From Escherichia coli (GTDB lineage: Bacteria > Pseudomonadota > Gammaproteobacteria > Enterobacterales > Enterobacteriaceae): a DNA stretch of 32,000 nucleotides. The notes below the pieces were generated by a model, which had not been told where the DNA came from, made no database searches, and worked only from the letters and a program-made list of their open reading frames with translations. The translations under genes were made by a program, and so were the position numbers. Below, piece by piece: positions 10,250 to 19,892 of the stretch (the first letter of the stretch is position 1; every line of letters starts with the position of its first letter). Where the stretch lies: assembly GCF_045037445.1 (NCBI RefSeq), contig NZ_CP173446.1. One strand, written 5' to 3'.

Positions 10250-11947
10250 TTACGCAGAAGTACGCATCACACCAATAGTATTAAATTCGTTTTTCACACT
10301 GAGCAAACGGGGGTCATGAAGCAAAACATTTGACCATAAATCATTCTCTTTAATTAATTGTTGCCAGCGCTTTTCATATTCTTTTTTACCATACACAGTG
10401 TAAATTAACGGCAAAATAACACCATTGATTTTGTTGGTGCTAATATTTGCCAGTAACTTCATAATGTCATTTTTTATAGATGCGCCATAGATCAGAAACT
10501 TCGTATAAAGCGAGTTAACACAGGTGTAATCAAGACCATGTTCAGGCTCAAGTTTAAGCAATAAACTTTTGGCTTTATCATTATGTCCTTTCAGTGCCAT
10601 GAACATAGCCAGAATAGAGGTAATAATTGGATTGTTACAGGTGTTTTGACTGTTAAGATTTAATGCAAAAGATATCGCGTTATCGAGGGGGGATGTGTAA
10701 TAAAGTATAATTAATTTAAGAATGCTTATACCCATTTTATTGGGTTCAAGAGCAATGCTTTTTTCTATTAGATTAAATGCTCTTGCAAGGTCACCGTTCA
10801 AAAAACATAGCAGAGACTGATAATAATAAACGTCTGGCGAATTAGGTTTGAGTAAATGTGCTTGCTTAAATAGCACATTAGACACTGAATGTTCATCTTT
10901 TAGCCCACTGATTAAACCCAGTAAACCCAATGCCTGAGAATTTGAAGGGTTAATTTCAAGAGCCTTTTCAATGGAGGTTACTGCCGTAGTTATTGCTTGT
11001 TTTTGTTCACTGAGTCCAAGGAGGGCTAATGATATATGGCATTCCGCCAGGCAACAGTAGGGCAAGGTATTTTGCGGTTGCGTACTTACACAATCTCTAA
11101 ATATTACTAATGCTCGTTTCAAACTCTCTGGTGTATAACGGTACATTTCCATTCTGCCATTCATATACATAACAGCAGAATCCAGAGATGGCATTTGTTG
11201 TGTATTAATAGATTTAAAATTAATGTTGGGTATTTTTTCAATAAGAATATTAATTACTTGTGATAATAATACGGAAAGAGGATTATCGGGATTGAAATCA
11301 ATGCTTTGATGATCAATCAATTTATGTGTTCTGGCATGAATTAACTCAATAAATAAACGCCAGTTTTTACCATAGTGAACGACCTGACCCATAATATAAT
11401 ATTCTGGACCTGTTTTATTGATAAACTGATGGATAGTGGAGAAATCACTGGCCTCATTTGTTACCGAAGCGGGTAAAATATCTAAACCACAAAAAGCATA
11501 TTTTGAAAGGCCCTGGACAAGTTCGTAATGGAGTTTTAGAACATTGATCGAACCTTCGGTACGAAAGGGAAAAACGGCAAGAGTGGTGGTCGACTTTACC
11601 GGTTCATTATCGGTCACAATCACAATAGGTACAGTAAAACGGTATCCACGACCATAGACCGTTTCGATATACTTACACTGTTTATTCTCATGCAAAAGTT
11701 TGCGCAATGCATAAATACATCGTGTTAGAGATTCATCACTGGCAACACTCGCGCTCCAGACCTTATCGATAATCTCTTCTTTGCTAACAATTTCACCGTC
11801 AGCATTAAGTAATAGAATGATAACGCCAAGTTCTTTCGGTGGAATATGATATTCTTTGTTTTTGAATAATAATATTCCATTGTTTTTTAATACAAAGTCG
11901 CCAAATATATATTGTTGTGTAGTATTTTTTCCATGTTGCAGTTGCAT
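10250..11947 (-). CDS. eilA: HilA-like transcriptional regulator (N-terminal OmpR/ToxR-type winged helix, C-terminal TPR-like region), EilA
   Basis: 565 aa. The N-terminus YIFGDFVLKNNGILLFKNKEYHIPPKELGVIILLLNADGEIVSKEEIIDKVW...SLTRCIYALRKLL...YIETVYGRGYRF is a typical Trans_reg_C domain. It is followed by helical repeat-like sequence (AVTSIEKALEINPSNSQALGLLGLI). RBS-like GGAAGGAG lies before the ATG, and the gene is adjacent to SipB/C/D-like genes. Confidence 0.85.
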   Translation of the reverse strand: MQLQHGKNTTQQYIFGDFVLKNNGILLFKNKEYHIPPKELGVIILLLNADGEIVSKEEIIDKVWSASVASDESLTRCIYALRKLLHENKQCKYIETVYGRGYRFTVPIVIVTDNEPVKSTTTLAVFPFRTEGSINVLKLHYELVQGLSKYAFCGLDILPASVTNEASDFSTIHQFINKTGPEYYIMGQVVHYGKNWRLFIELIHARTHKLIDHQSIDFNPDNPLSVLLSQVINILIEKIPNINFKSINTQQMPSLDSAVMYMNGRMEMYRYTPESLKRALVIFRDCVSTQPQNTLPYCCLAECHISLALLGLSEQKQAITTAVTSIEKALEINPSNSQALGLLGLISGLKDEHSVSNVLFKQAHLLKPNSPDVYYYQSLLCFLNGDLARAFNLIEKSIALEPNKMGISILKLIILYYTSPLDNAISFALNLNSQNTCNNPIITSILAMFMALKGHNDKAKSLLLKLEPEHGLDYTCVNSLYTKFLIYGASIKNDIMKLLANISTNKINGVILPLIYTVYGKKEYEKRWQQLIKENDLWSNVLLHDPRLLSVKNEFNTIGVMRTSA

Positions 11948-12095
11948 AGAACGCTCCTTCCGTTTTCTCTATTCATAGTATTAATTTGATCAATATAAAA
12001 TAAAGTATTGGCAGAATTGCTCTATCAAAAAACGCTCATTTTGTAAGATTGTGATGAGGAAATGAATGAAAGGTGATGCTTAATAATATAAAGCG

Positions 12096-12118
12096 CTGGT
12101 CCCATTTTTCGGGACCAG
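12096..12118. terminator. Possible terminator/hairpin downstream of eipD
   Basis: Perfect 8-bp stem CTGGTCCC-ATTTTTC-GGGACCAG between the eipD stop (12150) and the eilA upstream region. No strong U-tract on the minus strand. Confidence 0.45.
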
Positions 12119-12149
12119 ATAGTGGATGATAATTGTGGGTGTTACTTAA

Positions 12150-13499
12150 TCAGAAACGTAAATAATCCTTCGCTGAATCAAACAATGCAGTAATGGTTGA
12201 CGATAATAATTTGATAATCGTATCGTAGGTGGAGTTGGCTGTACTGTATTTAGTCGTGATAACCTGCACGTCGGTTTTCATGTTTTCTGCCTGGCCGTTA
12301 TAACCCGCCAGCCATGCCTGGTATTCAGCCGTGCTTATTTCGTAGCCGGTGAATTCTTTAGATATATTTTTTTCCTTCCCTTTATCGTCCCTGTGTACCA
12401 TTGAGTCTGAAGACTGACTCATACTGTCAATAATCTGAGGGTTGGGAATAATAACATACAGACCGCTACCTTGCGGTTCAACTTCGACAATCGGAGAAGG
12501 TGTGCGGTGTTTGGGATCGGGTGGAATTACCGGAAGATCTAAAGCGGCGCACCATTTTTCTGCTTCTTCCAGTGGAACACCAATTTTGTCAGCTGGTGCC
12601 GGAGGGTATAAAACATAGTCTGGATTGTAATGATAGTGGAAATCACCATTAGGATATTTATCGATATAATAAAAATGCATCAAGGCCTTTTGAAATGCAT
12701 TGACATCAAAAACTATCGCATCGCCTTTTTTATTAGAGTGAGTCCACTTTCCCATATTGCTTTGGATATGTTCACTGAAGTCCTGCCAGTATGCGCTCAT
12801 TATCTCAACGCTATTTGCATAGATTTCGAGGTAGTCGCTACCGAGCACACTCATCAAATCAGCAATATCACTGCATATATATTTATCACTTTTAAATTCG
12901 CTTGAACTACTGGCAGTTAAAGTACTGCTGGTTTCTGAACTTCTCACTTCAGGTGCAGAACTCTCTAAAGAAGCGATAGCGTGAGTTAAGGTTCCTTTGG
13001 TCGTTGCCATTGCAATTGACCCGGTTGTGTTGTCAGCAACGTTAGCCAGGGTTTTTCTCACAGAGTTATGCAGGGTCAATATTTTAGCGGGATCCTTTAA
13101 CTTTCCGTCAATAGTATTAACATTTTCTGTAAGCTGCAGAACGTTTTTTATCAGCAAATAACTTTCGTGTAAGAGCGCGGATCCTTTCTCTGACAGGTTC
13201 TCAGTTGGAAAATTTCTGAGCATGTTTTTAACGAAGTTAAGTTGTATGTCGTGCTGGCATTTCCAGTCTTCATTTCGCGGGCTACATTCACTGACTAAAG
13301 TTGATAGTTTCTCAACATCTTTCTTGAGCATAGCGCCAATATTATTATCCTTACTGGCGCTGTTATGAAAATTACCCTCGCTTTCGCTGTTTCCCAGTTG
13401 ATGAGGCTCCTCACTTTGCGAGGATGCCTCTTTGAGAGGAATGTTTGCATTCTGCTGACGTAGAATATCTATATTTAAATTATTATCTTTATTAATCAT
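12150..13499 (-). CDS. eipD: Type III secretion translocator/tip protein, IpaD/SipD family
   Basis: 449 aa. The C-terminus QVITTKYSTANSTYDTIIKLLSSTITALFDSAKDYLRF resembles the SipD/IpaD C-terminus. RBS AAGGAGG lies before the ATG, and it is last in the operon. Confidence 0.85.
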   Translation of the reverse strand: MINKDNNLNIDILRQQNANIPLKEASSQSEEPHQLGNSESEGNFHNSASKDNNIGAMLKKDVEKLSTLVSECSPRNEDWKCQHDIQLNFVKNMLRNFPTENLSEKGSALLHESYLLIKNVLQLTENVNTIDGKLKDPAKILTLHNSVRKTLANVADNTTGSIAMATTKGTLTHAIASLESSAPEVRSSETSSTLTASSSSEFKSDKYICSDIADLMSVLGSDYLEIYANSVEIMSAYWQDFSEHIQSNMGKWTHSNKKGDAIVFDVNAFQKALMHFYYIDKYPNGDFHYHYNPDYVLYPPAPADKIGVPLEEAEKWCAALDLPVIPPDPKHRTPSPIVEVEPQGSGLYVIIPNPQIIDSMSQSSDSMVHRDDKGKEKNISKEFTGYEISTAEYQAWLAGYNGQAENMKTDVQVITTKYSTANSTYDTIIKLLSSTITALFDSAKDYLRF

Positions 13500-13542
13500 G
13501 AGTCATTCCTCCTTAAATATAATTAACTATTATTGCAATTAT

Positions 13543-14694
13543 TTATGAGCGAATGCCTTGAACGATAGCGCTATCAGTATCAATAATGGTTTGTATTATT
13601 TGTTGTAATAAATTAAGTGCCTGATCTCTTCCTTGAACATCACGACTAATTTGATCCAGATAGCTACTCATAACTGAATGCATAACATTTTTAGCCTGTT
13701 CAACAATGTCTTTTTCTGCATGAGTAGTGCTTTCTAGATATCTAGATGTTGCTCGAATTGATTCATTGCTAAGCTGTGAAAGTACATCTGCTTTACCTAT
13801 AGTAAAATATTTATTATACCTATTGTTATGTTTTGTGCTAATTTTCTCGTTTGTATCTCTAATCTTTTCTAGAGTAGCTTCTTTTTCTTTATCATATGAT
13901 TTCAGCGCCTCTTCTTTTTCTTTTTCATTAAGATTCGTATCTTTCGTTGTATTTTTTATTTTTTCATCTATTTGTTTGAGAGAAGCTTGTTGCTCTATAA
14001 CTTCCCTTTTTGACGCGCGCTGTGCATTATCATCAGTTCTTTCGATAGTATGCTCTTGGTCAGGTGTAAGGGTTACCATCTTTTTGGGATGGCTTCTGTA
14101 ATTTGCTACGGCAGATGCCGAGGCCCCGACTGCGCCAACTCCTGACCCGATAATAACACCTATCGAACTTGCTGCTGTGGCGCGTTCGGTTTCTTTTCTC
14201 TGATACTGGACAAGTTGTTCAAAAACATTGCTCATAATAGCCTCAGACATAGCTGAGGCTTTATACATTGATGTGAATACCCTTAAAAATTCCTCCATAA
14301 CAGCTTGTTGTCGCATGGTCAAATTATCTAGCATATCAAGGATATTAAATTTAGATATTTTAATAGTGGTCTGCTCTGTAGAACTGCTTGATTGACTGGA
14401 TGTAATTGTAGGTTTGTTAAGGTCACCCCTCAAATTATCTAGCGTATTCCTTGAATAATTAAGATTATCCAATAGTTTTACTCTTAGTTCCGGACAGACT
14501 TCTCTGTCTGTATTTTTTAATATTATAAACTGAGAGCTTATGTCATGCTTAATATCTTTAAGGTTATAGTATTGCACAATTTTATTATCATTTGGTATGT
14601 TGTTTTCTTTACTATAATCTCTATCAAAGATTGTTTTATCGAGATTGTTAATATTATGTGTGCTGGTCGCATTTTTAATTTCATAGGTGGCCAT
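13543..14694 (-). CDS. eipC: Type III secretion translocator, SipC-like
   Basis: 383 aa. Predicted hydrophobic segment (AASSIGVIIGSGVGAVGASASAVANY) and coiled-coil region; located between the SipB-like and SipD-like genes. The assignment rests mainly on gene order. Confidence 0.75.
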   Translation of the reverse strand: MATYEIKNATSTHNINNLDKTIFDRDYSKENNIPNDNKIVQYYNLKDIKHDISSQFIILKNTDREVCPELRVKLLDNLNYSRNTLDNLRGDLNKPTITSSQSSSSTEQTTIKISKFNILDMLDNLTMRQQAVMEEFLRVFTSMYKASAMSEAIMSNVFEQLVQYQRKETERATAASSIGVIIGSGVGAVGASASAVANYRSHPKKMVTLTPDQEHTIERTDDNAQRASKREVIEQQASLKQIDEKIKNTTKDTNLNEKEKEEALKSYDKEKEATLEKIRDTNEKISTKHNNRYNKYFTIGKADVLSQLSNESIRATSRYLESTTHAEKDIVEQAKNVMHSVMSSYLDQISRDVQGRDQALNLLQQIIQTIIDTDSAIVQGIRS

Positions 14695-14706
14695 GTTAGA
14701 ACCCTC

Positions 14707-16488
14707 TTATACGATAGAATGGGAAGCAAATTTTAAGGTTTCAGTTCGGTGTTGTAATACTCTTACCATCTGACTTACCTCTTGTTCGACGGTTTTATCC
14801 ACCCTTTGCAATACTGAAAGCATTTGTTCACGCGTTTTTGATAGATTACTCATGTCCTGTTGTAAAATTGCCATGTCGGCAGAGTTTTCAGCAACACAAT
14901 AATTCATTATCGATGTTGCTGTTTCACAGATAGCTAAGCCTATTTTCTCCAGAGCATTACTTATCTTGGCAATCAACTTCAAAACTACGACTGATGTTTG
15001 TATCATGCTGCATACTCTGTTTAATACCTTTATAATATTTTTTGAAACGGATTTAATAATAGATTCAATGGTTGATTTTATAGTGCTTGTTATTTCTTTG
15101 GTGACTTCTTCTGCGGCTGTTTTTGATAATGCAGAAACAACGGCCCCTATTGCTACAGAACATATTACAGCTGCACCAATCATTACTGTCGCCATGACAA
15201 TAGAAGCGGCTGCACTTGCGTAAATACTTTTAACCAGTTCAATCGTATCTTGATCGACACCAATAACGTCCAGAAGCGCGGTGATTGCGAGCAGAGTGGG
15301 ATCAACTGTTTTAATAGCAGCCGAAAGACCTTCTACAACTTTCCCTAAAATCCAGCCGGTAGCCGTGGTGCCCAGAGCGATTTGACAAGTGATATCTACA
15401 CCTAATACTACTGCGCCCGCTATTCCTCCAATAAGTGCCAATGCACCCGCAATACTTGAACCACCACTTGGAACTGCAGCAAGAAGACCAACAACAATTA
15501 AGATTGCGCTCATGGCAATGGTAGCTACAGTTACACACTCATTAACGATTTTTACAACTTTTGTCCATTTAGTATATTTACGCGCTGTTTCATTGAGTTT
15601 ATTTTCCCTGACATGGTTAATCTCTTTCATTACCTCAGACTGATTTTTAATAGATTCGCAATTGGTATCACCAATAACTTCCATTACTGAGGTAATCAAA
15701 AGGATAAATGTGGCTGTCGCGTTTCTGTTTTTCTGGTTTTCCTGGGTCAGGCAAATATTGGTGGTAAAGTTATTAATCTGTTCTTGCTGTTGAATTTCGT
15801 CAAAAATTTCCATACTTTGGCCGATCGCAGCATCAGCATCCATAATGGCTGTATTTAACGATTTCTCAGCTAACGATTTTTTTTGTAATGATAGCGTGAG
15901 TGTTTTCTCAGCCGCATTTTTTTGCGTCAGCACTTTATTATATTGCGGATCGCCAGGTTGCAGTTGCGACAGCTCTTGATTCAATGCATTGACTTTTTTC
16001 TCCAGCGATTGCACCTTTTTATCGACCGCATTGTAATTATTATTGGCCTGATGCATGATGTCGTCGGCTTTTTGCGCGGAATCTAATGACGAGGAGTAAG
16101 CGTCACTTAATTCACGAAACTTATTATGTGCCATTTCGTGTCGAAGCAGGGTGCTGTCAAGGTTATTATGCAATCGTGTTGTAATATCCTGATCGGCAAT
16201 GCCTGTTAGATTACCCAAAATCATCGTCAGGCGGGCATCGTTCGTCTTTGCTGTAGTGGCGTTGTCTGAATCTAAAACCTGCATTTCAGGCGGAGCAAGC
16301 ATCGGTTTGTTTTCAAGACGAGCGCGAATATCATTATCAAGGGATTTCGGGTTTTTATTAAGCCGCATGGGATCAACTTGCGTTTTGCTGCTGTCCTGCA
16401 GTCTTTTTTCCGCATCGCTATACTGTGTGCGCAATGTTTCGCTGATTTGTTCAAACGTGATCGTTTGTCCCGTAATCGGTGCCGACAT
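14707..16488 (-). CDS. eipB: Type III secretion translocon protein, SipB-like (YopB/IpaB class)
   Basis: 593 aa. N-terminal coiled-coil, then hydrophobic segments (MSAILIVVGLLAAVPSGGSSIAGALALIGGIAGAVVLGVDI; SIVMATVMIGAAVICSVAIGAVVSAL). RBS AAAGGAGG lies before the ATG. Confidence 0.85.
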   Translation of the reverse strand: MSAPITGQTITFEQISETLRTQYSDAEKRLQDSSKTQVDPMRLNKNPKSLDNDIRARLENKPMLAPPEMQVLDSDNATTAKTNDARLTMILGNLTGIADQDITTRLHNNLDSTLLRHEMAHNKFRELSDAYSSSLDSAQKADDIMHQANNNYNAVDKKVQSLEKKVNALNQELSQLQPGDPQYNKVLTQKNAAEKTLTLSLQKKSLAEKSLNTAIMDADAAIGQSMEIFDEIQQQEQINNFTTNICLTQENQKNRNATATFILLITSVMEVIGDTNCESIKNQSEVMKEINHVRENKLNETARKYTKWTKVVKIVNECVTVATIAMSAILIVVGLLAAVPSGGSSIAGALALIGGIAGAVVLGVDITCQIALGTTATGWILGKVVEGLSAAIKTVDPTLLAITALLDVIGVDQDTIELVKSIYASAAASIVMATVMIGAAVICSVAIGAVVSALSKTAAEEVTKEITSTIKSTIESIIKSVSKNIIKVLNRVCSMIQTSVVVLKLIAKISNALEKIGLAICETATSIMNYCVAENSADMAILQQDMSNLSKTREQMLSVLQRVDKTVEQEVSQMVRVLQHRTETLKFASHSIV

Positions 16489-16734
16489 AATTCACCTCCT
16501 TTTTAAGCTATCATCGGGTGTAATTAATTCTTTTTTATTTAACTCATGGCAGATGTTTATTCCCATCTAAAATGGCATCAACGGGAAAGTAAGCAATGTG
16601 TTTATTGTTATTCTTCTCATTTATTTTATCGCTATGGTTATTTTTAAATCAACCGGGGCTTTCTCATGATATTTCCTGGTTAACTCTTCAGGCGTAAAAG
16701 AAGAGTTTTTTCCGTTTATGTTCATTTTGCCGAC

Positions 16735-17232
16735 TCACTCTGTTTGAACTTCCTCTTCGGTATTGGCTGTCAAGAGTTCAAGATAAGCAGTAGCCATCTC
16801 TTTAATTTTTTCATTTTGGCTGTAGGTTACGACTGTATTAAATAACTCCGTGGCCATTTTAGTGTTTTTTAAGCCCATCTGGCACTGGCCCATGTAATAA
16901 ACCAAAGAGAAATCGTTATCGGGAGATAGCATTAAACAGATATGATACATGTCGAATGCCTTTTGATAATCTTTCTTCAACTGACAGACGGCGGCATATC
17001 CTTTTAAATAGTTATAATTTTGGAAATCATAAATACAGAGAAATTTAAAAAAGAGTTCAGCTTCGTCAAGTCTTCCTTTTTCATAAAAGTTATAAGCGTA
17101 AGCATAAACGCCTTCAAGTGTATCCGGAGTAATGCCATGCAGCTCTGCAAGTGTTGCTCCCATACCTAGTGCACGTTCGAACTTACTGGCAATTTCTTTA
17201 TTTTCTTCTAAATCCAGATTTGCGCTTTCCAT
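16735..17232 (-). CDS. eicA: Class II type III secretion chaperone, SicA/IpgC-like (TPR)
   Basis: 165 aa. Contains LHGITPDTLEGVYAYAYNFYEKGRLDEAELFFKFLCIYDFQNYNYLKGYAAVCQLKKDYQKAFDMYHICLMLSPDNDFSLVYYMGQCQMGLKN, the signature of the SicA/LcrH chaperone family. Confidence 0.9.
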   Translation of the reverse strand: MESANLDLEENKEIASKFERALGMGATLAELHGITPDTLEGVYAYAYNFYEKGRLDEAELFFKFLCIYDFQNYNYLKGYAAVCQLKKDYQKAFDMYHICLMLSPDNDFSLVYYMGQCQMGLKNTKMATELFNTVVTYSQNEKIKEMATAYLELLTANTEEEVQTE

Positions 17233-17533
17233 CTCTACTCTCTCCTTTCGAACATTCTTTGTGCAGACTTCACCATTTTTTAGAGGGTGGTGATATCAAA
17301 ATTCGCTCATTTTTATGCCCATCCGTTGGGCTTCCTTTTCTTCATTAAAAACAAGTATTGTTTCAATGAGATAAGATTTTCTATGTGATGAAATGAAAAC
17401 AATGTAGAGGGAAATTCCTCCACAATCCTGATGAACGGGTGCAATTTTGATTGGAATTTGAAAAAGCAGGTGATTTACTGATGTGCGAGCGTACGTCAGC
17501 GGCTGCTGGCCTGAGCGCGGAGGTGTGCGAAAT

Positions 17534-17827
17534 TCACATATCCGGGCATTCCACCTTACCCAGCGCTTCCCAGTAGTTATTCTGATTATTACGCTCCATC
17601 GCCACAATAGCTTCGCGGATATGTTGTTTGTTATTCTCATCAGACAACATTAATTTTTCCCACGCTTCGTCTGATAATGACGCCTGTGGCGTGCAAATTT
17701 TACGTAAATCTTGCAATACCGTGGTCTTTTCTTTTGCCGACTGTAGAGAACTGAATGGCGATTCGGCCTGAGAAATGGCTGAAAAAGTCAGGAATACGGT
17801 AATCATGAGTAGCATCGTTGGCTTCAT
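17534..17827 (-). CDS. yicS: YicS-like small secreted protein
   Basis: The supplied ORF begins at 17896, but the internal Met at 17827 gives a 97-aa protein with a clean signal peptide (MKPTMLLMITVFLTFSAISQA). It sits next to nlpA, as in E. coli K-12. Confidence 0.8.
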   Translation of the reverse strand: MKPTMLLMITVFLTFSAISQAESPFSSLQSAKEKTTVLQDLRKICTPQASLSDEAWEKLMLSDENNKQHIREAIVAMERNNQNNYWEALGKVECPDM

Positions 17828-18036
17828 AGCTGCAACCTTCTGCAAATGTGCATCGAATGAAGCATAAGTGTAGTTTGCTTTTGCCGCTCTCATCATGCTG
17901 TACGAAAGGTGTTTGCGTGGTCAGTAAGAAGTGCCAGTTTTATATACCTTTTTCTTCTATTCGATAGCTTTTCGTTTTTTAAATCGTAGTGATCTTGCCA
18001 TTATAGTCAGTTAACGATTAAAAAAAGGATAAAAAA

Positions 18037-18855
18037 GTGAAACTGACAACACATCATCTACGGGTGGGGGCCTCATTATTGCTGGCAGGAATTCTGCTGG
18101 CAGGTTGCGACCAGAGCAACAGCGATGAAAAGCACATTAAAGTGGGCGTTATTAATGGCGCAGAACAAGATGTCGCGGAAGTCGCTAAAAAGGTGGCAAA
18201 AGAGAAGTATGGCCTCGATGTTGAACTGGTAGGATTTAGCGGTTCGTTGCTACCGAACGATGCGACAAATCATGGCGAGCTTGATGCGAACGTCTTCCAG
18301 CATCGCCCCTTTCTTGAACAAGATAATCAGGCGCATGGTTATAAACTGGTAGCGGTGGGAAATACGTTTGTCTTCCCCATGGCGGGTTATTCCAAAAAAA
18401 TCAAAACCGTGGCGCAAATAAAAGAAGGCGCGACAGTGGCGATCCCCAACGACCCGACCAACCTTGGTCGCGCGCTTTTACTGTTGCAAAAAGAGAAGCT
18501 AATTACTCTGAAAGAGGGAAAAGGGTTACTACCTACCGCGCTGGATATAACCGAGAATCCTCGTCATTTGCAGATTATGGAACTCGAGGGGGCACAGCTC
18601 CCGCGCGTACTGGATGATCCCAAAGTTGATGTGGCGATTATCAGCACCACTTACATTCAGCAGACCGGGCTTTCTCCGGTGCACGACAGCGTATTTATTG
18701 AAGATAAGAATTCGCCGTATGTGAATATTCTGGTGGCACGGGAAGATAATAAGAATGCAGAAAACGTGAAGGAATTTCTGCAATCTTATCAATCGCCCGA
18801 AGTCGCTAAAGCGGCAGAAACCATCTTTAACGGTGGCGCGGTGCCTGGCTGGTAA
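18037..18855 (+). CDS. nlpA: NlpA inner-membrane lipoprotein (lipoprotein-28, MetQ-like)
   Basis: 272 aa. Lipobox LLLAGILLAGC and MetQ-like substrate-binding fold (YIQQTGLSPVHDSVFIEDKNSPYVNILVAREDN). Confidence 0.95.
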   Translation: MKLTTHHLRVGASLLLAGILLAGCDQSNSDEKHIKVGVINGAEQDVAEVAKKVAKEKYGLDVELVGFSGSLLPNDATNHGELDANVFQHRPFLEQDNQAHGYKLVAVGNTFVFPMAGYSKKIKTVAQIKEGATVAIPNDPTNLGRALLLLQKEKLITLKEGKGLLPTALDITENPRHLQIMELEGAQLPRVLDDPKVDVAIISTTYIQQTGLSPVHDSVFIEDKNSPYVNILVAREDNKNAENVKEFLQSYQSPEVAKAAETIFNGGAVPGW

Positions 18856-18858
18856 TTC

Positions 18859-19782
18859 TCACTCATGCCGCGCCGGACGATTTATTTTTCTGGCGCGGCG
18901 ACGAGAATCCATTGAAATCAAAATCACCGATGACAGAATCAGCAGCGTTCCCAGCCAGTCCGGCAATGTGAACGTGATCCCCAGCAACAGCAAAGAGAGC
19001 AGCGCGCTACTTAATGGTTCTGCACAGCTCAGAATGCTGGCTTTTGGCCCGCCAATGAGCTGTGCGCCTTTCAGATATAGACTAAAGGTTAGCGAAGTTC
19101 CGATTACCACCAGATAGAAAAACGCCAGAATCAGGCTGCCATTAACCACGAAGTTTGTTCCTTGCCCGGCATAGAAGGGCAGCAGGATCAGACCACCGAT
19201 CAGCATACTCCAGCCGACGACCGGTAACGTGCCATAGCGGGCAATCAGCGTTGAGGGATAGGTGGTATAGAATGCAGCAGCAAATGCCGAGGCAATGCCC
19301 CAGAATAACGCGGCCGGAGAGATCGATAATGACGTCGGATTACCGTGTGTCACCAATAAAAAAGTCCCGATCAGCGATGTCAAAATAGCGCAGAAAACCA
19401 GAATGCCCGGGCGAGATTTACGCACCAGTGAGAACCAGGCGACGATAATCGTCGGTGAGAGGAATTGCAGCACCGTTGCCGTGGCAGCATTCGATTTTTC
19501 AATGGTTAGTAAAAAAGTGAGCTGTACGGTTAGCGCACCAACCACGGAAAAAATCAGCAGACTAATGGCATCTTTGTGATTGTTAATAATAGAAAAGATT
19601 TTATCGCCATGCACAAATGACAGCGTCAGCAGAATCAAACCGGCGAATATCAAACGCGTCATAGTCAAAAACTGCGACGACATCTGGCTTTGCTCCATGA
19701 TGTATTGCGCGCAGACCCCTGAACTTCCCCACAACACGGCGGCAATCAGAACGTTCAGCATCCCCTTTCTGGTGGAACCCAT
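18859..19782 (-). CDS. yicL: EamA/DMT-family inner-membrane transporter YicL
   Basis: 307 aa. EamA-type hydrophobic architecture; conserved position between nlpA and setC. Confidence 0.9.
   Translation of the reverse strand: MGSTRKGMLNVLIAAVLWGSSGVCAQYIMEQSQMSSQFLTMTRLIFAGLILLTLSFVHGDKIFSIINNHKDAISLLIFSVVGALTVQLTFLLTIEKSNAATATVLQFLSPTIIVAWFSLVRKSRPGILVFCAILTSLIGTFLLVTHGNPTSLSISPAALFWGIASAFAAAFYTTYPSTLIARYGTLPVVGWSMLIGGLILLPFYAGQGTNFVVNGSLILAFFYLVVIGTSLTFSLYLKGAQLIGGPKASILSCAEPLSSALLSLLLLGITFTLPDWLGTLLILSSVILISMDSRRRARKINRPARHE
18867..18899. terminator. Hairpin at the nlpA/yicL convergent junction, overlapping the yicL 3' end
   Basis: GCCGCGCC ... GGCGCGGC (8-bp perfect stem, 17-nt T-rich loop) directly after the nlpA stop. 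Confidence 0.45.
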
Positions 19783-19892
19783 TTTTCCCTCTGCATACTG
19801 TTTTGTCGTTTATGTATGCAGGCATGATAGCAAAAATGGCGAGGATGGCTCTGTTTGCGCCACGCCGATTTTTCTTAGCCCAGACAGGTGAG

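Noticed and set aside
17296-17640. Minus-strand 114-aa ORF overlapping the yicS 3' end
   Set aside because: It overlaps yicS, has no recognisable domain, and begins inside a well-supported gene. It is probably spurious, though it covers the presumed insertion junction.
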